Part shown: positions 1 through 13,428 of the stretch, piece after piece
Layout: each line of letters begins with the position of its first letter
How positions within the stretch are numbered: position 1 is the first letter of the stretch
DNA from: Octopus vulgaris
Lineage: Eukaryota
Assembly: GCA_951406725.2 (NCBI GenBank)
Contig: OX597820.1
Coordinates: 119,102,001-119,166,000 of the forward strand
Direction of reading: 5' to 3'
DNA: 64,000 bases
Notes under the pieces: generated by a model
Database searches by the model: none
Told to the model about the DNA's origin: nothing
Seen by the model: only the letters and a program-made list of their open reading frames with translations
Program-made: the position numbers and the translations under genes

Positions 1-7
1 CTCGATG

Positions 8-232
8 AAATGCTGAACGTCATTTCGCCGGTCACAACGTTCTGAGTTCAAATTCCGCCGAGGTCGACTTTGCCTTTCATCCTTTCGGGATCGATTAAAT
101 AAGTACCAGTTACGCACTGGAGTCGATATAATCGACTTAATCCGTTTGTCTGTCTTTGTTTGTCCTCTCTGTGTTTAGTCCCGTATGGGTAGTAAAGAAA
201 TAGGTATTTCGTCTGCCGCTATGTTCTGAGTT
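8..232 (+). mobile_element. SINE family A, 5'-truncated copy
   Basis: Contains gagttcaaattccgccgaggtcgactttgcctttcatcctttcggg, shared with the copies at 325, 1328, 24545, 26278 and 59655; followed by (AAT)n. Confidence 0.8.
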
Positions 233-236
233 CTGA

Positions 237-320
<84 letters not shown>

Positions 321-324
321 GAAA

Positions 325-707
325 GGCGGTGAGGTGGTAGGATCGTTAGTATGCCAGGCGAAATGCTTAGCAGTATTTCGCCTGCTGGCACGTTCTGAGT
401 TCAAATTCCGCCGAGGTCGACTTTGCCTTTCATCCTTTCGGGGTCGATTAAATAAGTACCATGTACGCACTGGGATCGATATAATCAACTTAATCCGTTT
501 GTCTGTCCTTGTTTGTCCTTTCTGTGTTTAGCCCTTTGTGAGTAGTAACGAGATAGGCATTTCGCCTGCCGTTACGTTCTAAGTTCCAATTCTACCGAGA
601 TCCTCTTTGTCGTTTATCTTTCGGGGACGATATGATAGGTACCAGCTGATGTAATCGATTTATCCCCTACCCCCAAATTCCTGCCCTTTTGGCAAAATTT
701 GAGAACC
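325..707 (+). mobile_element. tRNA-derived SINE family A with internally duplicated body
   Basis: Pol III-like head (ggcggtgaggtggtaggatcgttag...gagttcaaattcc); body repeated in degenerate form from ~555. Confidence 0.85.
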
Positions 708-1327
708 GATATTATTATTATTAATATTATTATTGTTATTATTATCATCATGTTTTCAACTATAGGCTCACAAACTGAAATTTGGGGGTGAAAGTGCTTG
801 TCGTCTACATGGATCTCAGTGATCAATTGTTACTTATTTTATCAACCCTTAAATGATGAAAGACAAAGTCCACCTCGGCTGAATTCGAACTCGGAACGCT
901 ATATTGTTTCTATGCTTTTGTCCTTTTATTCGCAGTGGGCATCCCCATTCTTCTGCTCATCGTTATGAAAATACTACTACCCCTCTTCCTTCTCCACCTC
1001 CTCTTCTTCATAATCATTATTAATTATTAATTGATACATTATCAATTAGCATTAATAGCATAGCCTGGTAAAAAACGGGATTACATGGAAGAATGCGAGC
1101 AAGAGAAACAATATTCTTAATATTATAAACCTAGAAAAGTACAGGACTTGTTATTTACACTTGGAAAAGTTCAGGACAACTTATTATATCTCGTAAAGTA
1201 CAGAACAAGACATTTTTTCTGAAGATATTGCAGCTAAGGATAAAATTTGACTATTAAAAATTATTTGATTTTAATTTACAAAGTAACGTTATAATTTTTA
1301 AAAAACGTACCATCATTTTCTTAGAAT

Positions 1328-1552
1328 ATTTATTTCTTTATTGCCCCTAAACGCAGAGGGGACAAACAAGGACAGACAAAGGGCTTAAGTCGGTTACATC
1401 GACCCAGTGCGTAACTGGTACTTAAATTCTCGACCCCGAAAGGATGAAAGGCAAAGTTGACCTCGGCGGAATTTGAACTCAGAACGTAACGGCAGCCGAA
1501 ATACTGCTAAGCATTTCGCCCGACGTGGTAACGATTCTTCCAGCTCGCCGCC
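1328..1552 (-). mobile_element. SINE family A
   Basis: Reverse complement of the 325 copy, including the head ggcggcgagctgg. Confidence 0.85.
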
Positions 1553-1720
1553 CTTCATTTTGTTAGAATATTGACACACTAGAATACTTAGAAGTACCAA
1601 AATAGCTAAAGTTTTATGCAAAATAGAATAGTATATATGGTAGGCAAATTCATTATGTAAAAAATTTGAGGGTGAAAGTGCTTGTTGACTAAGTCGACCT
1701 CAGTTATCAATTGTGACTGA

Positions 1721-2131
1721 GGATCTTTTCGGTTTGAACGGCAGTTTTTAACATAATTTCTAGGTAACTAAAAAATGTTAAACTTCGTATACTGGTAGAA
1801 TATGTTTATAAAACATCCTTTTTCTCTTGACTTTATTGAGAAAATTCTATAGTCTGTAAGATATTTGTTGTTTTTCATCAATTTCTGTAATTTCAACCAA
1901 TCACTGACGTCTATTGAGGTAAAAAATCATTCTGTGCCGTATTGTCCCTCGTTTAAGAAACAGATTGGGTTTATTTACATTTGTGAAGAAAAAAAGATAA
2001 CCTTCCCCCCACCCCTAACCCTAACCCTAAAACAGATTGAAATGCAATAGATCGATACTAGGATCATAATTATAGGTGACAATCTCATATGACACCACTA
2101 GAAAAAACTGCCGTTCAAACCGAAAAGATCC
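1721..2131. mobile_element. Non-autonomous DNA transposon (MITE), Merlin-like
   Basis: 29-bp TIRs GGATCTTTTCGGTTTGAACGGCAGTTTTT; 8-bp TSD gtgactga/gttactta; paralogous empty site at 829-836; GG termini with 8-bp TSD fit Merlin. Confidence 0.75.
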
Positions 2132-3312
2132 GTTACTTATTTTATCAACCCATAAATGATGAAAGACAAAATTCACCTCGGCTGAATTCGAACTCGGAAC
2201 GCTATATTGTTTCTATGCTTTTGTCCTTTTTGTCGCAGTCGGCATCCCCATTCCTCTGCTCATCGTTATGAAAATACTCCTCCGCCTCTTCCTTCTCCTC
2301 ATCCTCATAATCATCATCATCATCACCATCATCGTCATCGTCCATCTTCTTTTGATCACTTTGTAATAATGTACATGTTCTCATTCCAACGCCATTAACT
2401 TTTATTCATAGAGTATTTTGTATTCCTTCACCTATTTTGAAAGAGCGCCGTGCAAAGTTATATAAATGGTGAAGAATAACGAAAATAGCCGCGATTGTGT
2501 CTTACAATAGAATGATCGTTTCTATTTTGTTATCACTTTTGAAACCTGCCGTTTGGGAAGCTTTAACGATAAATTGGTGAATATTTTATACAAGTGAAGT
2601 ACAATTTCAATACATTGCGGAAATTCTTGCTCGATTTTCAGGAAGTCTCTATCTATGGAATTCCGAGAAAATCAAGCCGTAGTTACAAAATATCGGCAGC
2701 TAATAACCGAGGGTCAGTTTCATCGTTGTTCTAGATGCGTTGCAGGTTTAACTATGATGCGGTGAGGGATAGTATGGAAAGTCAAAAACGGTTTCAACCA
2801 AACCCCTAGGCTCCTACCACCACCACTACTATTACCAGCAGCTGAACCACCACCGCCACCGGCACCACGTTCCACCCTCTTCTACCAGCGCCAGCACCAA
2901 CTCCACCTTGTGAGCATGTTCACAATGCCCCGAAGACTAAGTAGTACGGATCTATCAGCAGGGTATCGTTCGCCTTTCCTTCGATCATTTCCCTTGGCAT
3001 TGACCTGTACTCACTAATTATGACAAGCCGCAGTGAGAAGCAACGCCCAGCACTGCATGGTGGCTTGTCCAAGCCACTTTGCCACGAACACAATGGATAG
3101 TCACATTTCCTTTGAGGCATATCACACCACGTGCCGCATGCTACACTGACAGCTGAAAAGAACAGCGTACAAAATGTGTTGGTCAATGTTTATATTATAA
3201 AAACCGCCATGGATCTGTGAGAGAAATGCCTGAGAAAGAAATAATAATTCAACTTTTGCAACCGTTTGTGAAAAGCAATGTGGATATTACGCGGACGTGA
3301 CACATATGCGCA

Positions 3313-3327
3313 CGTGTGTGTGTGTTG

Positions 3328-3376
<49 letters not shown>

Positions 3377-3480
3377 TGTGTGTGTGTGTGTGTGTTGCTG
3401 TGCTTTCAATATATGTGAACTGGTATCTCTTAAAATTGCACGAATGTGTATGTGTGTGTGTGTGTGTGTGTTTGTGTGTG

Positions 3481-3523
<43 letters not shown>

Positions 3524-3630
3524 TGTGTCTATGTGTGTTTGTGTATGTGTGTGTGTATGTGTGTGTTTGTGTGTGTGTGTATGTGTGTGTGTATGTGTAT
3601 GTGTGTGTGTGTGTTGTATGTCTGTGTACG

Positions 3631-3661
<31 letters not shown>

Positions 3662-3780
3662 TTTTGTGTGTGTGTGTGTGCTAGTATGTGTGTGTGTGTG
3701 CATGTGCATGTGTATGTGTGTGTGTGTGTGCATGTGCATGTGTATGTGTGTGTGTGTGTGTGTGTTTGTGTGTGTGTGTT
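3313..3780. repeat. Imperfect (TG)n microsatellite
   Basis: Directly visible. Confidence 0.95.
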
Positions 3781-4114
3781 TACATCTATGTTTCTGCGAG
3801 TGACTTTTGGTGCATTGATTCTGTAACTGTACAAGTGTGTTGTTGTTGTTGTTGTATCGGGAGATGAGATTAAGTATTGTTGTTGTATGCATCAATTTAA
3901 GTCATTATTGTGAAAAGATGTCACTTACTGATGCTTGTCTTTAAACCTTATTATTTGATGGAGATATTGTTTAGAAGCATCACAGAGGCCATCCGATCTA
4001 TTCGCACGAACTAAAATGGTTCGGCGAATAAAAGAAGGCTCTGCGTTTTGATGCTGGCACTTTGGATGATTCTTACTTACAAAAATAAGGATGCAAACAC
4101 AAACGCATACATAC

Positions 4115-4161
<47 letters not shown>

Positions 4162-4409
4162 CACATACACACATAGGTGTGTCTGTGAGTATGAGTGAGC
4201 GTGTGTATTTGAGAGTATATCATAATATCTTCGTCTGTATTGCCTCTCCTAATATATATTGCATAATATATATATATATATATACACGGATATATAGATA
4301 TAATATATGCATGTATATGTATGGGTATGTATGTGCAAACAGCTTTATGGATAAGCGGTACTCCGTCCTGAATAAAATATGTGTACGAAGACACACACAT
4401 ATACCTTGC

Positions 4410-4410
4410 A

Positions 4411-4507
<97 letters not shown>

Positions 4508-4574
4508 GTCTAACTAGTTATCTATCTATATATCTATCCATCTATGTATGTATGTATATATGTATGTATGTATG

Positions 4575-4610
<36 letters not shown>

Positions 4611-4718
4611 CATCTATGTATGTGTGTATGTATGTATGTATGTAGGTATGTATGTATGTATGTACGTATCTATTTATCTATCTGTCTATTTAAATATATG
4701 TATTGATATATAAATATG

Positions 4719-4792
<74 letters not shown>
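4410..4792. repeat. Compound (TATC)n/(TATG)n/(TA)n microsatellite
   Basis: Directly visible. Confidence 0.95.
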
Positions 4793-4796
<4 letters not shown>

Positions 4797-5125
4797 GGCG
4801 CAGGTGATGGTGTGTAGTAAGAAGCTTCCTCTCCAGCCACATGGTTCCGGGTTCAGTCCCACTGTGTGGCACCTTACGTAAGTGCCTTCTACGATAGCTT
4901 CGGACTGTCCAAATACTTGTAATTGGATTTGGTAGACGGAAGCTGAAAGAAGCCAGTCGTATCGTATATATATGTATCTGTGTGTGTGTGTGTGTATTTG
5001 TGTACTTTTGTCCACCTAACATAGTGGTTTGGCAAAAGAAACGATAAAATAAGTACTAGGCTGCCAAAGAATAAATTCTGGGATCCATCTCTTCGATTAA
5101 CCCCTTCAAGGCTTTGCTCTAGCAT
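4797..5125 (+). mobile_element. tRNA-derived SINE family B, diverged
   Basis: Head ggcgcagg..tgtg..gtaag...ggttcagtcccactg and ggatttggtagacgg block shared with other B copies. Confidence 0.8.
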
Positions 5126-5196
5126 GTCAAATTTCTGAAAGAAATAAAAGATTATATGTGTGTCAGTGCTTATATATATAAAGTTATATATATGTA

Positions 5197-5404
5197 TAGT
5201 TAATCCGAACATGAAAACACAGAAAGAAAACACAACAACGCGAGGACGTGGAACCAGTATAGTATTATTGGACGCTCAGGAGAGGGAAAGAAGGAGGATT
5301 TAATGTTTCGAGCGGGGCTCTTCTTCAGAAACATAGGAAAAGGAAAGATCCCAGGAAGGGAAGACGGAGGAAAGAATATCGCCAACGATACACGCGCGGT
5401 CACA
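5197..5404 (-). mobile_element. ~205-bp non-autonomous PLE-terminus-like element (family F) with minimal HHR core
   Basis: Copies at 5859, 39694 and 63604; minus strand reads CTGAAGA-A-GAGC-CCC-GCTC-GAAAC. Confidence 0.7.
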
Positions 5405-5489
5405 TAGTGAATGATATATATATATATATATATATATTATTAGTGAATTGAAGAAATGGAGTTGAACGAAGATTGAACAGAAATCGTTT

Positions 5490-5583
5490 TATTGCATTCT
5501 ACACGTGTTTCGAAAGGCACAATTTACCAAATTCCGAATGAATAATGAGACCATATTGTGTCTTTCTCTTCAGGAAGAAATAG
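5490..5583 (-). ncRNA. Type I hammerhead ribozyme motif with long stem II
   Basis: Minus strand: TTC-CTGAAGA-GAAAGACACAAT...ATTGTGCCTTTC-GAAAC-ACGT-GTA-GAA; stem II 11 of 12 pairs; palindromic loop III; GUA site. Confidence 0.7.
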
Positions 5584-5659
5584 GAAATCCGTTGGAATAA
5601 ACAAAAACAGAACAGAGGCGGAGCAAAACAAAGGTAAAATGTTTTACCACAAATTAATA

Positions 5660-5842
5660 ATACAAAATAAGAAAATGGAGAAACACATCTTAATCAATGA
5701 TCAACTACCAGATAATACCCATTCACATAATTTATTAAACCACTAATGTTCATATGTAGTGGTTTAATAAATTATGTGATTGGGTATTATCTGGTAGTTG
5801 ATTATTGATTAAGGTGTATTTCTCCATTTTCTTATTTTGTAT
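5660..5842. repeat. Near-perfect inverted repeat (~85-bp arms)
   Basis: atacaaaataagaaaatggagaaa...aaaccacta mirrored by tagtggttt...tttctccattttcttattttgtat. Confidence 0.9.
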
Positions 5843-5858
5843 ATATATAGTTATATAT

Positions 5859-6068
5859 AGTTAATCCAAACATGAAAACACAAAGAGAAAACACAACAAC
5901 GCGAGGAAGTGGAACAAATATAGTATTATTGGACACTCAGGAAAAAAGGAAAGAAGGAGGGTTTAAAGTTTCGAGCGGAGCTCTTCGTCAGAAACATAGG
6001 AAAAGGAAAGATCCAGAGAAGGGAAGACGGAGGAAAGCAAATCGCCAACGGTACACACGCGGTCACAT
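5859..6068 (-). mobile_element. Family F element copy
   Basis: Similar to 5197-5404; core CTGACGA-A-GAGC-TCC-GCTC-GAAAC at 5968-5991. Confidence 0.7.
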
Positions 6069-6634
6069 TTTATATATATATATACACACACATATATATA
6101 CATATATATAGACATATAGCTGTGGTTTCCACACTCCGCCGGCACCAGTCTTCACATGCATAGGCAGGAAAACCTTATCTCACCAGGATTTGGAAGCCGT
6201 TGGCTACTCTCAGCATATTTTCGCCGGTCTGTGGGAAGCTGTTTCGCAGGCCATGGCTACAGTTACATGCAGACAGCTTTGAGGTGCTGCAGGTGAGAGT
6301 TGCATGTCAGGTGAGGACCAAAGCAGACGAACCTCTCCAAAGAGCATCACATGTCTCCTCTCAGAGATACTACATCACTCAGACACCACACGCATCTCAT
6401 GCATTGCTCTCTTATACATACATACATACATACATACATACATACATACATACATACATAGTGCATACATACATACATACATGCATACATACATACATAC
6501 ATACATACATACATACATACATACATACATAGTGCAAATATATATACATACATGCATACATACATACATACATACATACATACATACATACATACATACA
6601 TACATACATACATACATAGTGCAAATATATATGG

Positions 6635-7165
6635 GTGAGACCCATATTGGAGTACGGGATTCAAGCCTCTTCTCGTTATTACCTCAAAGACACACAGCAT
6701 CTCGAAAGAGTCCAGAAGCTGGCTACCCGCATGGTTCTTGGTCTCAAGAATTTGTCTTATGAAGAAAGGCGAAGACGTTCGACCTTTATTCTCTAGAAAA
6801 ACGACGACGCCGTGGTGATTTCATTCTTGCTCACAACATCATAAGCGGAAAGTGTAACCTCTCGAAGGAGCTGTTCTTCACTCCTGCTCCAGAGCGTCGG
6901 CTGTGGGGTCATTCCGAAAAGCTCTATCTGCGACGATTTCATCTCAATCGAAGGAGAGGGGCTTTCTCCGTCCGGGTTGCGGATCCGTGGAATAAGCTGC
7001 CGGACAAGATGGTGAAGATGCCGACGACCGCTCGGTTCAAAGTCTCCCTTGACCACAAGTGGCCTGAACTCTTTACATGAACACCACCCTGTACATAACT
7101 CCATGTCCCCTTACATGGCACTGCTTTTTTGCTTTTTGAACCAAAAATTTAACTAACTAACTAAC
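6635..7165 (+). mobile_element. CR1-clade LINE 3' fragment (end of ORF2, 3' UTR, (AACT)n tail)
   Basis: Translates with a frameshift to RPILEYG...HLERVQKLATRMVLGLKNLSYEER..LYSLEKRRRRGD...GHSEKL...FSVRVADPWNKLP...FKVSLD, a typical CR1 C-terminus; stop at 7078-7080. Confidence 0.9.
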
Positions 7166-7771
7166 ATATATAAATGTGTAAGCGTTCTCAACACACACCA
7201 CATACAAGTATATCTTATTAAACAAGTAATTTCTTACTTGTTTCAAATTCAACAGATAAATGCATGCTGTTGCTTTGATAAAATATTGGGCAGTGCCGGG
7301 TAAAGACGGTAGTATGGTATATATTTTCTCCTCAAAACTCCTCATTAGGAAAATCATAGCAAGCCGAACGCGTAAATGAAACTTGCACGCATTCTTTCCT
7401 ATGCTGGCGCAACGAACATTAAGTGAAAAAAAAGAAATCCACCAGCAGAAAACAAATAAATCACACAATATTCGGCCATTTTAAATCAGCTAATGGTGGA
7501 GGATTTCAATAAAGACTTACGTCTCAAATTCGGATTAAAATCTATTAAAAGTAAATGGAAATTATTAACACAATAGATTATTTGCTATTATAATGGAAGA
7601 CGTTACCATGGAAATTGAAAATTCAAGTCAATATTAATAGATATAATATGGAGATTAATTTCATTCGATGCAGGAACGAACATACTTTTGTCTTGAAATG
7701 CATCGCCTCTCCTTCCTTCTCAGAGTCTCTCACGTTCCTTGCTCTCTATCTATGTTTACGTACCAAAATCA

Positions 7772-7808
<37 letters not shown>

Positions 7809-7854
7809 GCACAAACTCACATCCACATATATATATACATAAATACATATATAC

Positions 7855-7886
<32 letters not shown>

Positions 7887-8371
7887 CGATATGCATGCAT
7901 CTTTCCGAATAGTGCGTGTGTGTGCACATGCATAATATACGGTTATATATATATATATATACACTTTTCTACGTGTATTTTATATTTTCTTTTCGTAACA
8001 TATTTCTACTATATATATATATACCTACATGAACATGCACGCAAACATACATGCATGCATATAACACACATACATACATACAAACATACATACATACATA
8101 CATACATACATACAAACATACATACATACATACATAGATGCATACATACGTACGTACGTACGTACATACACTCATACATACAATGCACAAATCCTTATCT
8201 ATGCTGATATCTTTTCTGGGTTTGGTGAATTGAAATAATTTGAAGATGAACATTAACATTAAAAGTCTTGCTGCAGAAGGAGAGCATTTGAAAGTTTTGG
8301 AGCTTCCTCGAGATCCAGCAATAATATAAACATGCATAAATAAATATATACATATATATATATATATAAAG

Positions 8372-8402
<31 letters not shown>

Positions 8403-8416
8403 CACATATATAATAC

Positions 8417-8458
<42 letters not shown>

Positions 8459-8578
8459 GAAAACGTGAGAGGGGGTGAGAAATTATACATACGTAAAATT
8501 CCGTCTTCTCTCGCTCTCTTTCTTGTAGCATTTTACCTTTAATCTCTGATTATCCTTCCTTCAGTGTACCTTGACCCA

Positions 8579-8629
<51 letters not shown>

Positions 8630-9074
8630 CGGTTGCCAACACTCCGTTCCATCTGATCCAGTCCTTTCTCATGGGTCAGCATTGTGATTCAAATTCTGCT
8701 CACTCCTCTCACTCACTAAGCATTTACACTGATAGTTGTTCCTAAGAGAGCCATCATCTGAACGGATGTCATTTTTGCCGGTTAGATATAGAAAAAGGCG
8801 AGCAATAACACACAGTTTAAGAGGTGTATAGGCACAGAATGAAGAGTGAGAATAAAGCTGAATTTCTTTTTGAAATACTGAATGTGTCAGGCAATCAATG
8901 GCGCAAGAAGTGTTTATCTACTTATACATACATGAAATACATACACATATGCATTCATGCGTACATTCATACATACATGCCTGCGTACATACATACATTC
9001 ATATATGTATACATACAGACATATATAATACATACAGACGTAGGAGTGGCTGTGTGGTAAGTAGCTTGCTTACT

Positions 9075-10310
9075 TCCGGTTACCCAGGATGCAACACTGT
9101 TGGTCTGGACTGTTATAGTGACAAGATGTGAGTTTTTTGGGGCTCCGTGAATGGAAAAAAAGCAAAAAGAAAAATTATATAGCGAGCAAAATACTGGGTT
9201 CTCATCACCGTAACGGTAAATTAAGAATTTTGGCTTCAAAATTCTTTTTGTAAATTCTAGTCGGCATATCTCGTCAGAAAAGGTACATTTTTACCGATCT
9301 TCAAGAATAAGCCTTTTGGATTACCTTTTTGGATTACCTTTTTGGAGTATTATACAAAGGATTCCCTGTCTGTGCTATTTGTGAGGTTTTTCTTTTACTT
9401 TTCCCTTTTCTTTCTAAATTTTGGTTCATTCTTTTCATTACTTTAATTTCAGTTTCCTCCCCTCCTCTTTTATTTTGTTTTATTTTTATTCGGTTTAATT
9501 TTTTGTCAGACTGTCTTTTGAACGACTTTTGAAATGTTTTTTGATATGGCAGAGAAGGAACCTAAAAAGAAAAACTCTGTCTTAGAGTGGGAAATTAATT
9601 CGCCTAAGCAGTGGTTAAAAGATATGGAGGAGAAGTCGGTGGTGCTTAGAACTTATTCTAAAGTTCTTAATTCCATCACCGTCTTCCCAAAACAAAGTTA
9701 TAGAAAACGAACTTAAAGACCAATTGTCCACTTTAAAATATATATCCCGCGGTGTCAAACATGCAACCGTATGGTTGCTGTTTGACAACGGGGAAAAGGC
9801 TCGCCAGTTTGCGAGTCAGCCTTTAGAAGGCAAGCAAAGTCTGTTCCTTCCGTCATATTGCGGGAGGAAATTAATAAGAGACTGGGTATGTGGGTTGCCC
9901 CCAGGCACCGAATCGGATTGGATTGAAGATACCATCCGACGGGGACTGGGAGGGGGGTGGCAGGCCCAGGCTCTTAAATGTAAGGGTATTGCCGGCGGTC
10001 AATTGGGAAGGGTCAAAAGCAATTTTGACCCTGTGGACCCCATCGGCCGCAACAGATCTGGTTTTTCCAGATTTTTTTTAAATGGATGGCTTCAGGTATC
10101 CGGTAATACTTGAGGGACGTCCCCCCAAGTGTCACTCGTGCCTGCAGGCCACATTGAAAGGAACTGCCCCAGGACCATGGTATGGGCCTGGAATAGTCAC
10201 TGGATGCCACCTCCCCTACCCTGTCAAAGGGAGAGGTGGATTAAAAAGGAAGAAGGTGGGCAACAATGGTTGCCCGCCGAAGGAACCTAATGCTTTGGGA
10301 GGTGGGGGAT
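9075..10310 (+). mobile_element. 5' part of an L1/Tx1-like LINE: 5' UTR and frameshifted ORF1
   Basis: Joined ORF pieces 9546-10310 end in YPVILEGRPPKCHSC..H, resembling an ORF1 zinc knuckle; follows a SINE B head at ~9036-9072. Confidence 0.6.
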
Positions 10311-10816
10311 AGACTCTATATATATATATATATATGAGTGTGTGTGTGTGTGTGTGTGTTTGTGTTTGTGTGCGTAGACATTACTTATGTGTGTGTTTGC
10401 GTGTGTAGACATTGCTTGTGTGTGTGTGTTTGTGGTGTGTGTACTGTTGTGAGTGTATGCATACACGGACATTATGAATTGCCATAAATAATGATACAAC
10501 TTCAGGTAGAACATGATACATTTTCTTCCATCAATAATACAATTCAATCACCAGTGAGATATTAACACCAATTTTCTTTCCTCAACAACACACACAGACA
10601 CACACACACAAACACACACAAGCGTACACACATAAGTGCAAAAACATGCACACGCATACAGAGGTACACTCGAGAATATATGTGTTTGGTCTGCGTGAGA
10701 TCGTCCATTTTTATTTATACCACACAAAATACACGTCACAGTATAAGCTGACTCTCCGGAAACTATTCAATATTTTGAGCAGTCCACCGCTGCTAAACTT
10801 TCAGTAGTAGTCTTTG

Positions 10817-10864
<48 letters not shown>

Positions 10865-10970
10865 TCACTCTCGCTCTCTCTCTCTCTCTCACTCTCTCAT
10901 ATTTCTTTCGCTGTTAATCACTGTTTTTGCACACACACATATTTATTGAAATCTCTCTCTCTCTCTCTCC

Positions 10971-11035
<65 letters not shown>

Positions 11036-11442
11036 GATCTATATATATATATATATATATATAGGCATATGTATATATATATGTATATGTCTGTATGAAT
11101 ATATATATATGTATATGCATATATATATATGTATATGTATGTATATATACATATATATATATGTATATGTATGTATATATGTATATATATATGTATATAT
11201 ACTTATAGGAGATTGTAAGAATGTAGGTATATATGCAATACGTGTGTATTTGTGAATGAGTGTGGGTGTAAAATACACAAAGCCGTACAAACACACGCGC
11301 GCACATGCACACGCACACACAGATTCATACTTATACATGTACATGTATATAAATCTATAAAATAAATATATATACATACATTATATATATATATATGTGT
11401 TTATATATATATTATATACTTATCATACACACACATACATAG

Positions 11443-11485
<43 letters not shown>

Positions 11486-11567
11486 CATATATATATATGT
11501 ATATATGTGTATGTATATGTATGTGTATATCTATCTATCTATATATATATATCTATATACATACATA

Positions 11568-11612
<45 letters not shown>

Positions 11613-11613
11613 T

Positions 11614-11659
<46 letters not shown>

Positions 11660-12034
11660 CATATTATATATAAAGTGAGGTAGATGAACAATGAGAAATA
11701 AAGTGAGTAAGAGATAAGAGGAAAGTGTTGTAAGAGGTAAATACATCTATATATATATACGAATGGTTTTTAAAATTTTATCAATGTTCCATTACTGAAA
11801 TTTGGGAATTCTTTTTCAAAGTCTTAATATTTTTTTTATTGATTGAACCGATAGTGGTATATTCTGCCTGGGGCTGTATTTCAAAGTCTTTGGATCTTCA
11901 GACACATTGCTTTTTTTCTAAGAAAGAACTTTATTGACACACACACACAGACACACACAGACACAGACACACAGACACAGACACACACACACACACACGT
12001 ACATTGATCTATATGTGTGTACATATATATTTAT

Positions 12035-12066
<32 letters not shown>

Positions 12067-12290
12067 GCATACTTAGCAGTGTGAATATATATATATATAC
12101 ACACATGTATATATATAAATACACACATATCTCTCTCTTTATCTATCTATAATTACTTATATGTGTGTGTGTGTATACGCATTTATATCAACATACGCAC
12201 ACACACATATATATATATAAGTAATACGTATTACGTGGTAATGTAGTAAGACGTTTGCATTCTAACTTACTTCTTCCTGTTTCAGTTATT

Positions 12291-12333
<43 letters not shown>

Positions 12334-12808
12334 GCATATACGAAAATAACGCTGGCTACACAAAGAACGAGAGGAATAAATGGAAACAAGACAAGTAACA
12401 TTAAAATACGACCCTTCATCAGTTGTTGGCTCTCCTTCTACTCCTTATTTCGAGCAACAAACGACAAGATAAGATAGCGAAGACTACTGCTCCCGTGAAC
12501 CAAAATAGAATTTGGGATTTTCAAATGAAATTTGGTAACACATCAGGACATACAACAAACCAAACCAAACAAATACAAGGAGGGAGGGCCGTTAGGCTCA
12601 GACGAGTTAACTTAGGGAACACTGGAAGAAGATTTTTTGGTAAGAGAAATGATAGGCGACGTGACAGATAGGAATGCGTCTGGACTGCACAACAAACTGA
12701 AGGGGAAGAAAGATGATCACGTGAGAAAACGTTTTCTGACGTCCTGTACACATATATGCATACCTATATACATACATATACATGTATGTACATGTGTGTG
12801 TGCTTATA

Positions 12809-12851
<43 letters not shown>

Positions 12852-13065
12852 TATATTATATAGATATATATATGTTATTTATATTATATATATATATATT
12901 ATTTATAATAGAAATATTAAAATTACTAAGTCTCTCTAAAAGAGAACAACGGCAGCGTTCCCGGAAAATAATAGTTATCGCCATACTAATATGGCATTCT
13001 TATAAAAATAAGAATAAAACCTTCGAACAGAGATTGTCAGAAGCGACACCTACTGGTCTGGCTAC

Positions 13066-13107
13066 GCTGCATTGAAAAGGGGCAATACCCCGAAACGCGT
13101 CTGTAGC
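13066..13107 (+). ncRNA. Minimal type I hammerhead ribozyme, U3-A8 core variant (copy 1)
   Basis: GCTGCA-TTGAAAA-GGGG-CAATA-CCCC-GAAAC-GC-GTC-TGTAGC: 6-bp stem I, 4-bp stem II, palindromic ACGCGT stem III, GUC site. Confidence 0.75.
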
Positions 13108-13428
13108 TGCCGGTCAAGTAGTGTGGAGCGACTGACCTCCCTTGTTCGAAGGTTATATGGATACAGTTTGTGTATCAAATAGCTAACTTAAGGCGATGGC
13201 CTCATGGAGCTAATAAGCGGACAGCTTTATTCTTATTTTTATAAGAATGCCATATTAGTATGGCGATAACTATTATTTTCCGGGAACGCTGCTGTTGTTC
13301 TCTTTTAGAGAGACTTAGTAATTTTAATATTTCTATTATTGAAAACAAGTGGATGTATTCCACCGAAGCTAGGTAAATAAAACCTTCGAACAGAGATTGT
13401 CAGAAGCGACACCTACTGGTCTGGCTAC

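Noticed and set aside
2013-2030. (CCCTAA)3 as a telomere or fusion relic
   Set aside because: It lies inside a TIR-bounded MITE.
12410-12455. Minus-strand GAAA...CTGATGA in an element-like segment
   Set aside because: Stem I cannot be formed.
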